From positions 26,317 through 90,316 of IMG/VR virus record IMGVR_UViG_3300043384_000010: a stretch of 64,000 nt of DNA; one strand, written 5' to 3'. This document shows positions 8,981 to 19,348 of this stretch, in pieces. Below the pieces are notes generated by a model that made no database searches, was not told the DNA's origin, and was given only the letters and a program-made list of their open reading frames with translations. How positions within the stretch are numbered: position 1 is the stretch's first letter; the number at the start of each line of letters is the position of its first letter. This DNA is from a virus (Duplodnaviria; Caudoviricetes). The translations under genes and the position numbers were made by a program.

Positions 8981-9061
8981 GGGGGGTAGGGGGGTAGGGG
9001 GTAGGGGAGCAGGGCTCAAACGCGTAGGCGAGAGGGGGGTACCCCCTACCCCCTACCCCCC
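8981..9061. repeat. G-tract / C-tract inverted repeat (G-quadruplex-capable)
   Basis: G6-TA-G6-TA-G5-TA-G4 followed by C5-TA-C5-TA-C6. Confidence 0.8.
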
Positions 9062-9105
9062 TCACAAACCAGCACCAACCGTCACAAACTAGGAAAGGAC
9101 CACCA

Positions 9106-9558
9106 GTGACTACCTGGCAGTACGTGGGGGCCTTCCTGGTCCTCGGATGGATCTTCCTCGGCATCTGCGTCGGCCTCGACCTCGGCGGCGTCAAGTCGAT
9201 CGCGGTCGACGTCTTCGAGGTCATCGGCGCCGCGTCCGTCCTCACTGCGGGCGCACACCTCGCCCGCGGGACGTGGGCATACCGCTTCATCGGGTGGATC
9301 GTCCACATCCACCCGGTCGCCGGATATGTGGCGTTCCTGGCGATCCTCGTCGGGATCGTCCTGTTCGTCGTGGCTGTCCTCCCGGCGCGGGTGTACAGCG
9401 CCACCTCGGTGACGATGTCCATCGCCGTGTTCGGGGTGTTCCTGCCGTCGCTGCTCGTCCAGGTCAATCTCCCCGGGACGTGGGGTAGCGCGATCAGCGA
9501 CGCCTGCGCGGTGCCCATCGGGTTCTTGGTTCAGGTGACCGGGGGTGCATGGGGGTGA
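9106..9558 (+). CDS. Polytopic membrane protein (Spd-like)
   Basis: About 4 hydrophobic helices in 150 aa; AGGAAAGGA RBS. Confidence 0.7.
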   Translation: MTTWQYVGAFLVLGWIFLGICVGLDLGGVKSIAVDVFEVIGAASVLTAGAHLARGTWAYRFIGWIVHIHPVAGYVAFLAILVGIVLFVVAVLPARVYSATSVTMSIAVFGVFLPSLLVQVNLPGTWGSAISDACAVPIGFLVQVTGGAWG

Positions 9559-9562
9559 CGTG

Positions 9563-9772
9563 GACAGGTCCGGCACAGCCAGACAGGTGGTCGTGGACAG
9601 GTCGCAGACAGGTCCCGTGGACAGGTGCAGACAGGTCAGACAGGTAGTGCCAGACAGGTCCCAGACAGGTCGGTGGACAGGTCATGGACAGGTCCGGCAG
9701 ACAGGTTCCAGACAGGTAGGCAGACAGTCAGACAGTCAGTCCCAGACAGGTAGAGCAGACAGCCAGACAGGT
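9563..9772 (-). repeat. Array 2 of the same motif in opposite orientation, intergenic; candidate clt
   Basis: 15 copies of GACAGGT at 9563, 9582, 9596, 9607, 9620, 9630, 9639, 9653, 9664, 9676, 9687, 9700, 9711, 9745, 9766. Confidence 0.88.
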
Positions 9773-9777
9773 GGTCA

Positions 9778-10992
9778 GTGATGGACCTACTCCTCCTCAT
9801 CCTCGTCTCCACGGGGATCGTGACGTGGCTGAGCGCAGAGCCGGACGGGGTCGCCGCTGGCGTCCGCGGCGCAGCCACCCGGGCGTTCAGCGAGGGATGG
9901 TCGGCGGGCAGCCAGTCCGCCGCGCGCCGCTGGCAGGCAGGTGAGGCCGACAGGGCAGGACGCCGGAAAGTAAGACACAAGCGGTGGCGAAAGACACGGA
10001 AGGGTCGAGCGTTAATCGCCGCCGACAGGGCAGGACGGGCCACAGTCGGGGCCACCGTCAGAGGCGCCCGACTGGTCATCCCCGCTACAGCAGACGCCAT
10101 CGGAGCAGCCCGGCGTGCAGCACCACAGGGCTGGGCAGAGCGCCGCGAAGAGCGGCGGACACGCCAAGAAGAGAAGGAGTCGAAGGAGAAGCGGGAGCGG
10201 AAGGCCAAGAAACACCGCGAGACCGGGCGCGCCGCTCAGCCGGAAACCCCCGACATCACCACTCGACCAGGAGCCGCGGAGATCGACCCGCAGCTCATCG
10301 AATGGGCCAAAGCACCCGACCCGGCGGCGGCCGGGGTGACGCGCCCCGCTGCCACGCCCGACCCCATGACTCCGGACGCCGTCCGACCGGAGATGACAGA
10401 CCCGACGGCAGCCCGGACCTGCTGGCGCCGCGGATGCGACCAGCAGGCTGGCGACTCCGGTGTGTGTCCGGAGCACGCACCAGTCACCGTGGAATGCCCG
10501 CACTGTGAGAAGACGCAACTCGTGCGCCGTGAACACGCCGACGCGGCTAGGCAGGCGATGGCCGAGGGGTGCCCGCAGCGGCCCGGCTACAACCCATCAG
10601 CAGACACCCGGCACCCCGCCGGGTCAGCTAAGGGAGGAACACCAGTCATGGGAGAAATCGGCAACCACACCGATCTGCAGATGGAACTCCAGAACAAGCT
10701 GGAGGCGCTCGAAAGTCTCGTCGCGGACGTCAAGCAGATGATCAGCGCGGCAACAGAGGAGGCAGAAGCCACGGTCAAGCAAGCCCAGGGCTACGCCGAG
10801 TCCCTGGATGGCGGGCGGTTCGGTGAGATCGTCCACAAGGCGATCGGGACCGTCATGGAAGCCGCTGGGGCGGTGCTGAAGCAGGTCACCGCGATGCGCG
10901 AAGCCGGGGACGGCTTTGAGAAGTCGACCGGCGAGTTGGGGGACGCCATCGGAGCGGCGGAGAAGGAGACGGTCGCCGCCGTCGGCGCCTGA
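9778..10992 (+). CDS. Membrane-anchored multi-domain protein of the transfer module (TM, charged region, Cys motifs, coiled coil)
   Basis: N-terminal TM helix; CWRRGC..C..H and CPHC motifs; helical C-terminus with an internal RBS and ATG at 10648. Confidence 0.65.
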   Translation: MMDLLLLILVSTGIVTWLSAEPDGVAAGVRGAATRAFSEGWSAGSQSAARRWQAGEADRAGRRKVRHKRWRKTRKGRALIAADRAGRATVGATVRGARLVIPATADAIGAARRAAPQGWAERREERRTRQEEKESKEKRERKAKKHRETGRAAQPETPDITTRPGAAEIDPQLIEWAKAPDPAAAGVTRPAATPDPMTPDAVRPEMTDPTAARTCWRRGCDQQAGDSGVCPEHAPVTVECPHCEKTQLVRREHADAARQAMAEGCPQRPGYNPSADTRHPAGSAKGGTPVMGEIGNHTDLQMELQNKLEALESLVADVKQMISAATEEAEATVKQAQGYAESLDGGRFGEIVHKAIGTVMEAAGAVLKQVTAMREAGDGFEKSTGELGDAIGAAEKETVAAVGA

Positions 10993-11016
10993 CCAAGTCG
11001 GCCTGCGAGAGGTTAG

Positions 11017-12998
<1,982 letters not shown>

Positions 12999-12999
<1 letters not shown>

Positions 13000-13982
13000 T
13001 GTCCGACTACACCGATCCGTCTCTCGCTGACGAGGAGGGGGTTCTGGCGAAGACTGGGTGGCCGATGGCGTCCGCTATCGGCGTGGTCGCGGCAGCGGCC
13101 ATGGTGGAGGCCGGATACAACCTCGGCTGGTTCGTCGGTCACACCCTGCACCTCCCGGCGCCCCTCGCGGTCATGTTCCCGTTGATCATGGAGACGGTCG
13201 CGGGCACGCTCGCCATCCAGGACCTGAGAGACCGCCGCAGAGGACACGACAGCACAGCAATGAGGGCCGCGACCTACGCCACCCTGGCGCTGTCGTCCGT
13301 GATCAACGGACTTGTCGGCGCAGCATCCTACGGCCCCGCGGGGCTCCTGGAGATCCTGCCCCCGCTAGTCCTCGCCCTGGTGATCCACCTCCATGGCGAC
13401 CGGGCCACCAGGGCGTGGCATTCCCGGGCCGTCACCCGCCCCGAATGGCGTGCAGCCCGGCACCGGGAGGCGCGCGTCGACTCCGTCCTCGCCGTCCTCC
13501 CGCTCCTCCTCGGTGACGACGAACACGGCAAGGCCACTGTCGCGCTGCTCCGCCGCCGGCTGGAGTCGTGCACCCTGGAGCCGGGCCATGCACTGGTCTC
13601 CGCCGGGTGGGGTGACCGGGTAGCCCGGATTGAGTCCCCGTCAGCTCTGCGACGGCTGGAAACGATCGCCGACACAGTGTGGGGTGACGGTGAGCGGCCC
13701 GCCGGGGCGCAACCCGAGGTACAGCCTGCCCCCACCCAGAGGGAGCCAGCGCCCCACACGTCAGACGTGAACTCTCCGACGGCGCCGCCAGCCATCGGAG
13801 TGGATCGCCGGGGCGCCACCGACGACGAGATCCGCGCCGTCCTCGCCGAGGCGGGATGGCCCGGCCGAACCATCGCGGCAAGACGCCTGACGGACGCTGG
13901 TCTCCCATGCGACACTGGACGTCTCGCGGACATCCTCCGCGAGCACAAGGCGGGCCCGACACTGCGGGCCATCGCCCTATGA
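12999..13982 (+). CDS. DUF2637 / SpdA-like membrane protein with C-terminal HTH
   Basis: 4 TM helices (AMVEAGYNL..LAVMFPLIME..LALSSVING..LPPLVLALVIHL); TAATG coupling to traB. Confidence 0.7.
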
Positions 13983-14014
13983 TCGTCCGCTGGTAGCCAT
14001 CCGGCACCCCGCAA

Positions 14015-14292
14015 CCTCGAACGAGAACCCTCGGGCAGTCCACCCGTCGGGGATCTCGTATCGCTTCATGGTGATAGGGTACCACACATGAGGTACGACA
14101 CGGAACGGAAGACAGGTAAGCTGCCCCAGGTCAGGATCACCGAGCGTATGCAGGAGGAGATCCGCGCGGCGTGCACCGACCTGCGCCGACCGGTCGCATG
14201 GGTGGTCACCGAAGCGCTCCGGGCGTGGCTGGATGAGTACCAGAGCACGCCAGACGTCGCTCATGCACGCTCGGAACGCAACAGTTGATGCC
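14015..14292 (-). mobile_element. Truncated second copy of the IS607-type RHH-TnpB element
   Basis: 14014-14293 is the reverse complement of 40904-41183 (280 bp): left end, RHH gene and first codons of tnpB (MKRYEIPDGWTARGFSFEV). Confidence 0.9.
14088..14288 (+). CDS. Ribbon-helix-helix protein, identical to 40909-41109
   Basis: LPQVRITERMQEEIRAACTDLRRPVAWVVTEALRAWL. Confidence 0.75.
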   Translation: MRYDTERKTGKLPQVRITERMQEEIRAACTDLRRPVAWVVTEALRAWLDEYQSTPDVAHARSERNS

Positions 14293-14319
14293 CCCGCCCG
14301 GAAAGGGAGGGCGGGGGTT
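14291..14319. terminator. Terminator hairpin interrupted by the element
   Basis: CCCCCGCCC / GGGCGGGGG stem remains; removing the element restores an 11-bp perfect stem. Confidence 0.7.
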
Positions 14320-14398
14320 CGGCCGTTTGGATGACAGGTGGGTGTGACCTGCGTCAAGATAGGAAGTCATACCCCGGCCCGCCACCCCGGAGGACATC

Positions 14399-14587
14399 TT
14401 GACAACCAAGCGCACCCCACCGATCACTAGGAGGGCACTCCTAGTCGACCAGGACGGGACGGTAATCGACCAGATCGAGGTCCGTATCTACGCCGGACGC
14501 GCCCCGTTGTACCTCGGGATCGGCCAAAAGAACTGGCTGCTCCACGAGACCCTACACGACGGGGTACCCCGGTATATGGCGGCCTAG
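14399..14587 (+). CDS. Hypothetical protein
   Basis: GGAGGA RBS before TTG; followed by a hairpin. Confidence 0.55.
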   Translation: MTTKRTPPITRRALLVDQDGTVIDQIEVRIYAGRAPLYLGIGQKNWLLHETLHDGVPRYMAA

Positions 14588-14592
14588 GAACG

Positions 14593-14637
14593 CCAGATAG
14601 GCCGGGCACCCTGAATGCGGGTGCCCGGCCTATCTGG
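14593..14637. terminator. Bidirectional terminator between convergent genes
   Basis: Perfect 19-bp stem CCAGATAGGCCGGGCACCC with a 7-nt loop. Confidence 0.8.
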
Positions 14638-14684
14638 TCTGCCGTGCGGTCAGAACGGAGGGTCCTCCGTTGCCCACCCGGGGA

Positions 14685-15143
14685 TCACCGGGCACCCACC
14701 CGAAGCACCGCGGACGCGATCCCCGTCAGATGCGCGGCACACGCCGAGCATGGACGGTCCACACAGTCCTTGCACCCGTTGTCGCCGCGCGCCATCCATG
14801 CGGCCATCAAAGCTGCATCGGGGACGTCCGGGACCATAGGAACAGCCGCGTATGCCGTGACAGTCCATGTGACGCCATTGAGCGTGAGGTCGGCCTGGTA
14901 TGACCCGTACGACACGCCCTCACACTTCGCCCGGACGGGCCCGGAACCCAGATCACCTAGGAGTGTGTACACGGACGCCTCGGACGCATAGAAGCCGTCC
15001 TGCGTCTTCGGCCACAGCGTCAGCCTGTGTCCGCCGTTCGTGGTGAGACTGTCGATGTCCACCCCGGCCTTCTCGGCCACGCGGAACATCTCGGCCTGGA
15101 CGGTGAGGCGATCCGCGTATCGGGTCGGGAGATCGGCGGTCAC
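14685..15143 (-). CDS. Hypothetical protein with C-terminal CxxC..CxxC
   Basis: GTGA overlap with the upstream gene; CKDCVDRPCSAC. Confidence 0.55.
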   Translation of the reverse strand: MTADLPTRYADRLTVQAEMFRVAEKAGVDIDSLTTNGGHRLTLWPKTQDGFYASEASVYTLLGDLGSGPVRAKCEGVSYGSYQADLTLNGVTWTVTAYAAVPMVPDVPDAALMAAWMARGDNGCKDCVDRPCSACAAHLTGIASAVLRVGAR

Positions 15144-16261
15144 TCGGTCACCTTCGTGGCGGTCTCGACCGGGTCCCCGTGCATGTCCACCTCGCGGACT
15201 ACGGTGCATGAGCGTGCCTTGCACTTGCCTTCCAGCCCGACCAGGTCCTCGACCGGGACGGCCACCTCCAGAAACCGAGGCGCACCGGCCCCGTTGAAGT
15301 ATCTGCGCGCATGCGACGGGGACACCCCGAAGTGCAGGCCGTGCCCGCACCGACCCGACGCCTCCCAGTCGCGAGCGGTGACGGTTTCGCCGATCGGGTA
15401 GGCGGTGGAGATGTAGTCCTGCCCGGCTCGCAGGTCGGCGTCGACGGCCTTGTAGAGGACTGCCGCCCCGTCGGTCACGGTGACGCCATGGAAGTCGAGC
15501 CAGGTGGTCGGGTCGGTCATGTCCAGTTGGGTGAGGTCGATGACGACTCCGCCGGACAGGGTGACGCGGGTGGAGTGGAGGTGGACGGCGACGTACTTCC
15601 GCGCCTCGACTCTGCTGGAGTCCCACGCCTCGACGCTGCTGGAGTCCAGCGCCTCGACGCTGCTGGAGTCCCGCGCCTCGACGCTGCTGGAGTCCCACGC
15701 CACGACGCTGCTGGAGTCCCGCGCCTCGACGCTGCTGGAGCCCCGCGCCTCGACGCTGCTGGAGCCCCGCGCCTCGACGCTGCTGGAGTCCCACGCCACG
15801 ACGCTGCTGAAGCCCCACGCCACGACGCTGCTGGAGCCCCGCGCCACGACTCTGCTGAAGTCCCGCGCCTCGACGCTGCTGGAGCCCCGCGCCTCGACGC
15901 TGCTGGAGTCCCGCGCCTCGACGCTGCTGGAGTCCCACGCCTCGACTCTGCTGGAGCCCCGCGCCACGACGCTGCTGGAGCCCCACGCCTCGACTCTGCT
16001 GGAGCCCCGCGCCTCGACTCTGCTGGAGCCCCGCGCCTCGACTCTGCTGGAGCCCCGCGCCACGACGCTGCTGGAGCCCCGCGCCTCGACTCTGCTGGAG
16101 CCCCGCGCCTCGACTCTGCTGGAGCCCCGCGCCACGACGCTGCTGGAGCCCGTCTGGTTGATTTGGAGCCAGACTCCGGCGTCGGAGCGGATGTCGATCT
16201 GGGCGGCCTTGTCGGCGAGGGCATTGTCGAGTTCGGCCTGTGTGGTGACGGTGGTGGTCAT
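15140..16261 (-). CDS. Octapeptide-repeat protein; paralog 2
   Basis: About 22 copies of V[EV]A[RWL][GD][SF]S[SR]; same N- and C-terminal domains as 2451-3320. Confidence 0.85.
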   Translation of the reverse strand: MTTTVTTQAELDNALADKAAQIDIRSDAGVWLQINQTGSSSVVARGSSRVEARGSSRVEARGSSSVVARGSSRVEARGSSRVEARGSSRVEAWGSSSVVARGSSRVEAWDSSSVEARDSSSVEARGSSSVEARDFSRVVARGSSSVVAWGFSSVVAWDSSSVEARGSSSVEARGSSSVEARDSSSVVAWDSSSVEARDSSSVEALDSSSVEAWDSSRVEARKYVAVHLHSTRVTLSGGVVIDLTQLDMTDPTTWLDFHGVTVTDGAAVLYKAVDADLRAGQDYISTAYPIGETVTARDWEASGRCGHGLHFGVSPSHARRYFNGAGAPRFLEVAVPVEDLVGLEGKCKARSCTVVREVDMHGDPVETATKVTE

Positions 16262-16296
16262 GGATCCAACCTTTCCGTGGCGGTTCTGCTACCTAG

Positions 16297-16326
16297 AGTC
16301 TACGCCCTGTTGCGCTAGCGGGTCAA
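16297..16326 (-). promoter_or_regulatory. Sigma70-type promoter, conserved family copy
   Basis: TTGACC-N18-TAGACT. Confidence 0.75.
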
Positions 16327-16370
16327 CCGGACCGACCCGGTTCCATCACGGAACCACGCGCCCGGGACGC

Positions 16371-16733
16371 TCACCGCTCACCGACCCCAGCCACCGCGTA
16401 CTGCGATCTGATGCTGGCGCCGACGCTCTGCCACGCACGCAGCTCCGCGTCCAGGGCCTTCGCCTGACGTTCCGCATGCCGGTACGCCACATCCGCTACA
16501 TCGCGGGCTGTCCGCTCCACCGCGGTCGCCAGTTCCGCGACGTACTTCCGTTCGTGCGCCGGCCGGTCCTTCGCTCCGAGGTAGGCGCGGGCCTCCGCCA
16601 GGTCACAAGCGTGGTCGGCGGCGAGGAACGCCGCATACCGGTCGGCGCACACCCTGACCCCGTTGGCGATCCGGTTGGACACGTCCCGGATCTTCCCCTC
16701 AATCTGGACCGGAGTGAGATCCTCAACGCTCAT
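16371..16733 (-). CDS. Helical phage hypothetical protein
   Basis: Coupled to the upstream HNH-like gene. Confidence 0.65.
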   Translation of the reverse strand: MSVEDLTPVQIEGKIRDVSNRIANGVRVCADRYAAFLAADHACDLAEARAYLGAKDRPAHERKYVAELATAVERTARDVADVAYRHAERQAKALDAELRAWQSVGASIRSQYAVAGVGER

Positions 16734-17269
16734 GGCGCCTCCCAGGGCATGACGGGTCGGGGACGGTCCAAGGTGACAGCGTCAAGGCCGCCGTCCGGCA
16801 GGAGCAGATACCAGCCCGCCGGGAGGGGCGGACACGCTGGGGCCAGCCACACAGGCTCGGCCGCGGGGTCCTGCCATGACCGCAGCCGCCATCCGCCCGC
16901 GCATGCGAGGGTGATCCACCGACCTGTCCACGTGTGACACCCCGGGTCACCGGACCCGAGGGAACACAGGCCCAGCCCGTTGACGGGGCTCCACGGGCCT
17001 CCCTGGGAGCGGGCGACACGGTGGGACCAGGACTGCGCGGGACGTCCGCAGCCGAGCTCGCACCAGCCTCCGGAGCGCTCCTTGACGACAGCCCTAGCCC
17101 GGCGTTCGTCCGGGGTCACCTGGGGGTGGACGGTGGTCAGGCTGGACTGTCGCATCGGGACGCCAGGACTTCCCTCCCGGGGGGAAGTCCTGGCCTTGAG
17201 TTGTCCGCGGGCCAGACCCTGGCCTCTAGGCAGGGGGGCGGTACGGGCAGGCATGGCGGAGCGTTTCAT
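16730..17269 (-). CDS. HNH endonuclease-like protein
   Basis: RSGGWCELGC...WSHRVARSQGG.W...NGLGLC......CH. Confidence 0.65.
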   Translation of the reverse strand: MKRSAMPARTAPLPRGQGLARGQLKARTSPREGSPGVPMRQSSLTTVHPQVTPDERRARAVVKERSGGWCELGCGRPAQSWSHRVARSQGGPWSPVNGLGLCSLGSGDPGCHTWTGRWITLACAGGWRLRSWQDPAAEPVWLAPACPPLPAGWYLLLPDGGLDAVTLDRPRPVMPWEAP

Positions 17270-17300
17270 CAGGTTCACCCGTTCGGCGTAGCCCCCGGAC

Positions 17301-17338
17301 TTGACACTGTAGATACATGCGGGCAGTCTGTAGATACA
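17301..17338 (+). promoter_or_regulatory. Promoter with two palindromic operators
   Basis: TTGACA-N17-CAGTCT; TGTAGATACA at 17308 and 17329. Confidence 0.65.
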
Positions 17339-17359
17339 CACCGAGCCACGGGAGACGCC

Positions 17360-17521
17360 ATGAACACCATCACCACCTACACCGGAGCCAACGGGACCAC
17401 CTACGTCCCCTGCACCATCGACGCCGATGGGACCGCCCGGTTCCTGTCCGGCAAGCCCCTCCCGACAGACGCCCGGACCCTCGAAGGCCGCGAACTGGCC
17501 GACTACCTCGCAGGGAAGTGA
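17360..17521 (+). CDS. Hypothetical protein
   Basis: GGGAG RBS downstream of the promoter. Confidence 0.55.
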   Translation: MNTITTYTGANGTTYVPCTIDADGTARFLSGKPLPTDARTLEGRELADYLAGK

Positions 17522-17527
17522 CCCACC

Positions 17528-17734
17528 GTGGACGCCGCATCGACCGCGACCTTCGAGACCGCCATGACCACGATCGACCACGCCGACCCGCAGGCCCGCG
17601 CCGCACTCAAGGCCGGGGTTATCTCCGGGAACGTCAAGGCATGGGTGGAGTCCCTCGGCATCACGTGGCCGGAATGGCGGGCACTGCCCGTCCCCGCCCG
17701 TGACCGCCTCACCCTCCGCGCGTACCGGGGCTGA
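17528..17734 (+). CDS. Hypothetical protein
   Basis: Lies in the short + strand operon. Confidence 0.5.
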   Translation: MDAASTATFETAMTTIDHADPQARAALKAGVISGNVKAWVESLGITWPEWRALPVPARDRLTLRAYRG

Positions 17735-17738
17735 CCTG

Positions 17739-17909
17739 ATGCCGACCATGCCGCGCTCAATGCGCATCGACGAGGCCATCTGGGGGGCCGCCGTGGCCAA
17801 AGCGCGGGCCGAGGGGACCTCTGTCACGCAGATCGTGGAGGACTTCCTCCGCGCATACACCTCGCCGTCGCACATGACCGAGACCGCCGTCTGCAACGCG
17901 CGTGGTTGA
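17739..17909 (+). CDS. RHH DNA-binding protein truncated by IS insertion; its C-terminal part lies at 19367-19463
   Basis: RSMRIDEAIWGAAVAKARAEGTSVTQIVEDFLRAY; the stop codon is supplied by the element's right end. Confidence 0.7.
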   Translation: MPTMPRSMRIDEAIWGAAVAKARAEGTSVTQIVEDFLRAYTSPSHMTETAVCNARG

Positions 17910-17946
17910 CGTCCTCCCCGCCGTGAACGACGGGGATTCCAACTGC

Positions 17947-19146
17947 TTACGCGACGAGTTGCCGCGCGCGTTGGGGTTCGCGCTTCACGGACCGGGCCGA
18001 CTTCACCCTGTCTCCACGCGCTGCCACCGCACGTCCTGCGGCGGGTGTTCGATCTGCGATGTTGCGTGCCGCATTCACGTCCGCGTTCGCCTGGTGCCCG
18101 CAAGCCACGCACCGGAACACCGCTTGACTCTCGCGGGATTCTCGGGCGACATGCTTGCAGGCGTTGCAGGTCTGCGACGTGTACGCGGGGTTGACCTTCT
18201 CGATCCGCCCGAGGGCCTTCTGTTCGGTGCGGATCAGGAGCAGTGTCCAGCCTGCGGCGAGGATCCCCCGGTTGAGTCCGGCCTTCTGCCGGACGTTGCG
18301 GCCCGGAGCCTCCAAGGTGCCACGGGCGGACCGGGTCATCGCCTTGACGTTGAGATCCTCGAACCGGACCACGTCGAAGCGTCGGGCGAGGTCGGTGCTG
18401 GTCTTCTCGGCCCAGTCCTTCCGCCGGTCGCCGTCGCGGGCATTCAGCCGGGCGATGGCCATCTTCACCCCGGTGCGCCGGTTCGAGCCCCGCTTGGCTC
18501 GGGCGAGGCGTCGTTGCAGGCGCAGGAGTCTCTCGGCTTCCTTGGGTCGCAGTCCGGCGGGGCTGGTCATTTCCCCGGTAGACAGGGCGACCGCGGCCTT
18601 CACGCCCCGGTCGACGCCGACGATCTCTCCGGTGCCGGGTGCGGGGATCGGGTCCGGGATCGCAGCGAACGCCACATGCCAGCGGCCCGCACGGTCCCGG
18701 GTCACCCGGTACGACTTCGCGTCCGGGACCTGCCGGGAACGCTTGAACCGCACCCATCCGACCTTCGGAACCCACACGCTGGACCATTTCGCGTTGTCCT
18801 GCCGGACCCGGAAGTCCTTCCCGACAACCCGCAACCCTTCCGACTGGCCGCGTTTCCGCCACGTCGGCCGGTCGTGGGTGCCTGCGAAGAAGTTCCGCCA
18901 CGCCTGGTCCAGGTCCCGCAACGCCTGCTGCTGCACACCCTGCGGGCCGTCCCGCAGCCACGGTTCCGCGGCGCGGGCTTCGGTGAGTTGACGGCACTGC
19001 TCCGCGAACCCTGGGGTCGGGCCCTGCCAGCGGCGCCACATCAGGCGCTGCTCCAAGCCGAGGTTCCACACGTACCGGGCGTGTCCACAGATCTCCAGCA
19101 GCAGGACCTCCTGCGCTGGGGACGGGTACAGCCGGTAACGACTCAC
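17947..19146 (-). CDS. tnpB: RNA-guided endonuclease TnpB (IS605 OrfB type)
   Basis: RYRLYPS HTH; RuvC motifs GVDRG, RFEDL, NADVNAARNI; Zn finger CNAC/CVAC. Confidence 0.93.
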   Translation of the reverse strand: MSRYRLYPSPAQEVLLLEICGHARYVWNLGLEQRLMWRRWQGPTPGFAEQCRQLTEARAAEPWLRDGPQGVQQQALRDLDQAWRNFFAGTHDRPTWRKRGQSEGLRVVGKDFRVRQDNAKWSSVWVPKVGWVRFKRSRQVPDAKSYRVTRDRAGRWHVAFAAIPDPIPAPGTGEIVGVDRGVKAAVALSTGEMTSPAGLRPKEAERLLRLQRRLARAKRGSNRRTGVKMAIARLNARDGDRRKDWAEKTSTDLARRFDVVRFEDLNVKAMTRSARGTLEAPGRNVRQKAGLNRGILAAGWTLLLIRTEQKALGRIEKVNPAYTSQTCNACKHVARESRESQAVFRCVACGHQANADVNAARNIADRTPAAGRAVAARGDRVKSARSVKREPQRARQLVA

Positions 19147-19195
19147 AACCGTGAGTATACCCCATGCGGGGACGTTCCGGGGTCATACTGTCCCC

Positions 19196-19348
19196 ATGAA
19201 GGAACTCAAGGTCCGCGTCCCCGACACCCTCCACGACCAGCTGAAGGCACTCGCCGCCAGCGAACACCGATCCATCAACGCGCAAGTCACCCTCCTCATC
19301 GAACAAGCCGTGCAAGGTCAAGACCGGTCCGATTCACCCCCGCCCTGA
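19196..19348 (+). CDS. Arc/RHH-family protein divergent from tnpB
   Basis: MKELKVRVPDTLHDQLKALAASEHRSINAQVTLLIEQAV; ATG 6 nt after CATACT. Confidence 0.75.
   Translation: MKELKVRVPDTLHDQLKALAASEHRSINAQVTLLIEQAVQGQDRSDSPPP

Noticed and set aside
9545-9781. 78-aa ORF over the second octamer array
   Set aside because: Its low-complexity translation is explained by the DNA repeats; treated as non-coding.
16730-19321. 863-aa ORF in the track (also 17902-19701 and 40909-41988)
   Set aside because: Shadow frames across tnpB in high-GC DNA; only the HNH-like 3' portion (16730-17269) and the RHH portion (40909-41109) look real.
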